Source: Eledone cirrhosa
Taxonomy: Eukaryota
Assembly (NCBI GenBank): GCA_964016885.1
Contig: OZ024761.1
Location: 27,156,001-27,220,000, forward strand
DNA: 64,000 nt
Direction: 5' to 3'
Below the pieces are notes generated by a model. It saw nothing but the letters and a program-made list of their open reading frames with translations, did no database searches and had not been told where the DNA came from. The first letter of the stretch is position 1, and every line of letters starts with the position of its first letter. The translations under genes were made by a program, and so were the position numbers. Of the stretch, positions 63,724-64,000 are shown piece by piece.

Positions 63724-64000
63724 ATATTATACGCCAAATACCACATCTTAAACAAAAAATCTGAGGCAATTTCGGCTTGTAAACATAAATTGTACAAAAC
63801 TTTCCTGTATTACAGCCCCACATTATACCCTAACGGATAGTACGAACTATACGCGGATATTTTACGTCTTGATGTGGTAGCTAAGTATATGTTATGTTTA
63901 TACCATTACTTATTTGTATAGGTAAGTATATATTACCTGTATGTTTTATGAAGGGAACGTTTCCACGAACCAAAGTATCGTCTTCCTGTCTTCCCCCGGT
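63724..64000 (+). mobile_element. Inverted partial copy (pseudo-LTR) of the Penelope 3' end
   Basis: Near-identical reverse complement of ~62917-63192. It runs off the end of the window. Confidence 0.92.

Overview
Gene-free, very repeat-dense eukaryotic DNA. The long (TA)n, (CA)n, (TACA)n and trinucleotide tracts and the tRNA-derived SINE families suggest an octopod cephalopod genome (inference). I found no host protein-coding gene, and almost all listed ORFs are microsatellite artefacts. The real coding remnants are all retroelements: a decayed Ty3/Gypsy gag-protease (~1.8-2.4 kb), a triplicated Rex3/RTE RT fragment (4.4-4.8 kb), an RTE 3' half with three C2H2 fingers (28.9-29.8 kb), a nearly intact 5'-truncated R4/Dong-type RT-CCHC-RLE LINE (30.1-32.2 kb), a 5'-inverted RTE (62.0-62.8 kb) and a Penelope-like GIY-YIG element with an inverted tail (62.8-64 kb). 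There are also many SINEs, mariner-, piggyBac- and hAT-like MITEs, several minisatellites (15, ~38, 44, 61 and 61 bp units) and a 200-N gap. The most striking pattern is that many short unique islands inside the (TA)n tracts carry hammerhead-ribozyme motifs (CUGANGA-stem II-GAAA-stem III-UH), often as fold-back inverted repeats, including a back-to-back double hammerhead at 13.4-13.6 kb. All calls were made by eye, with no database searches or folding runs.
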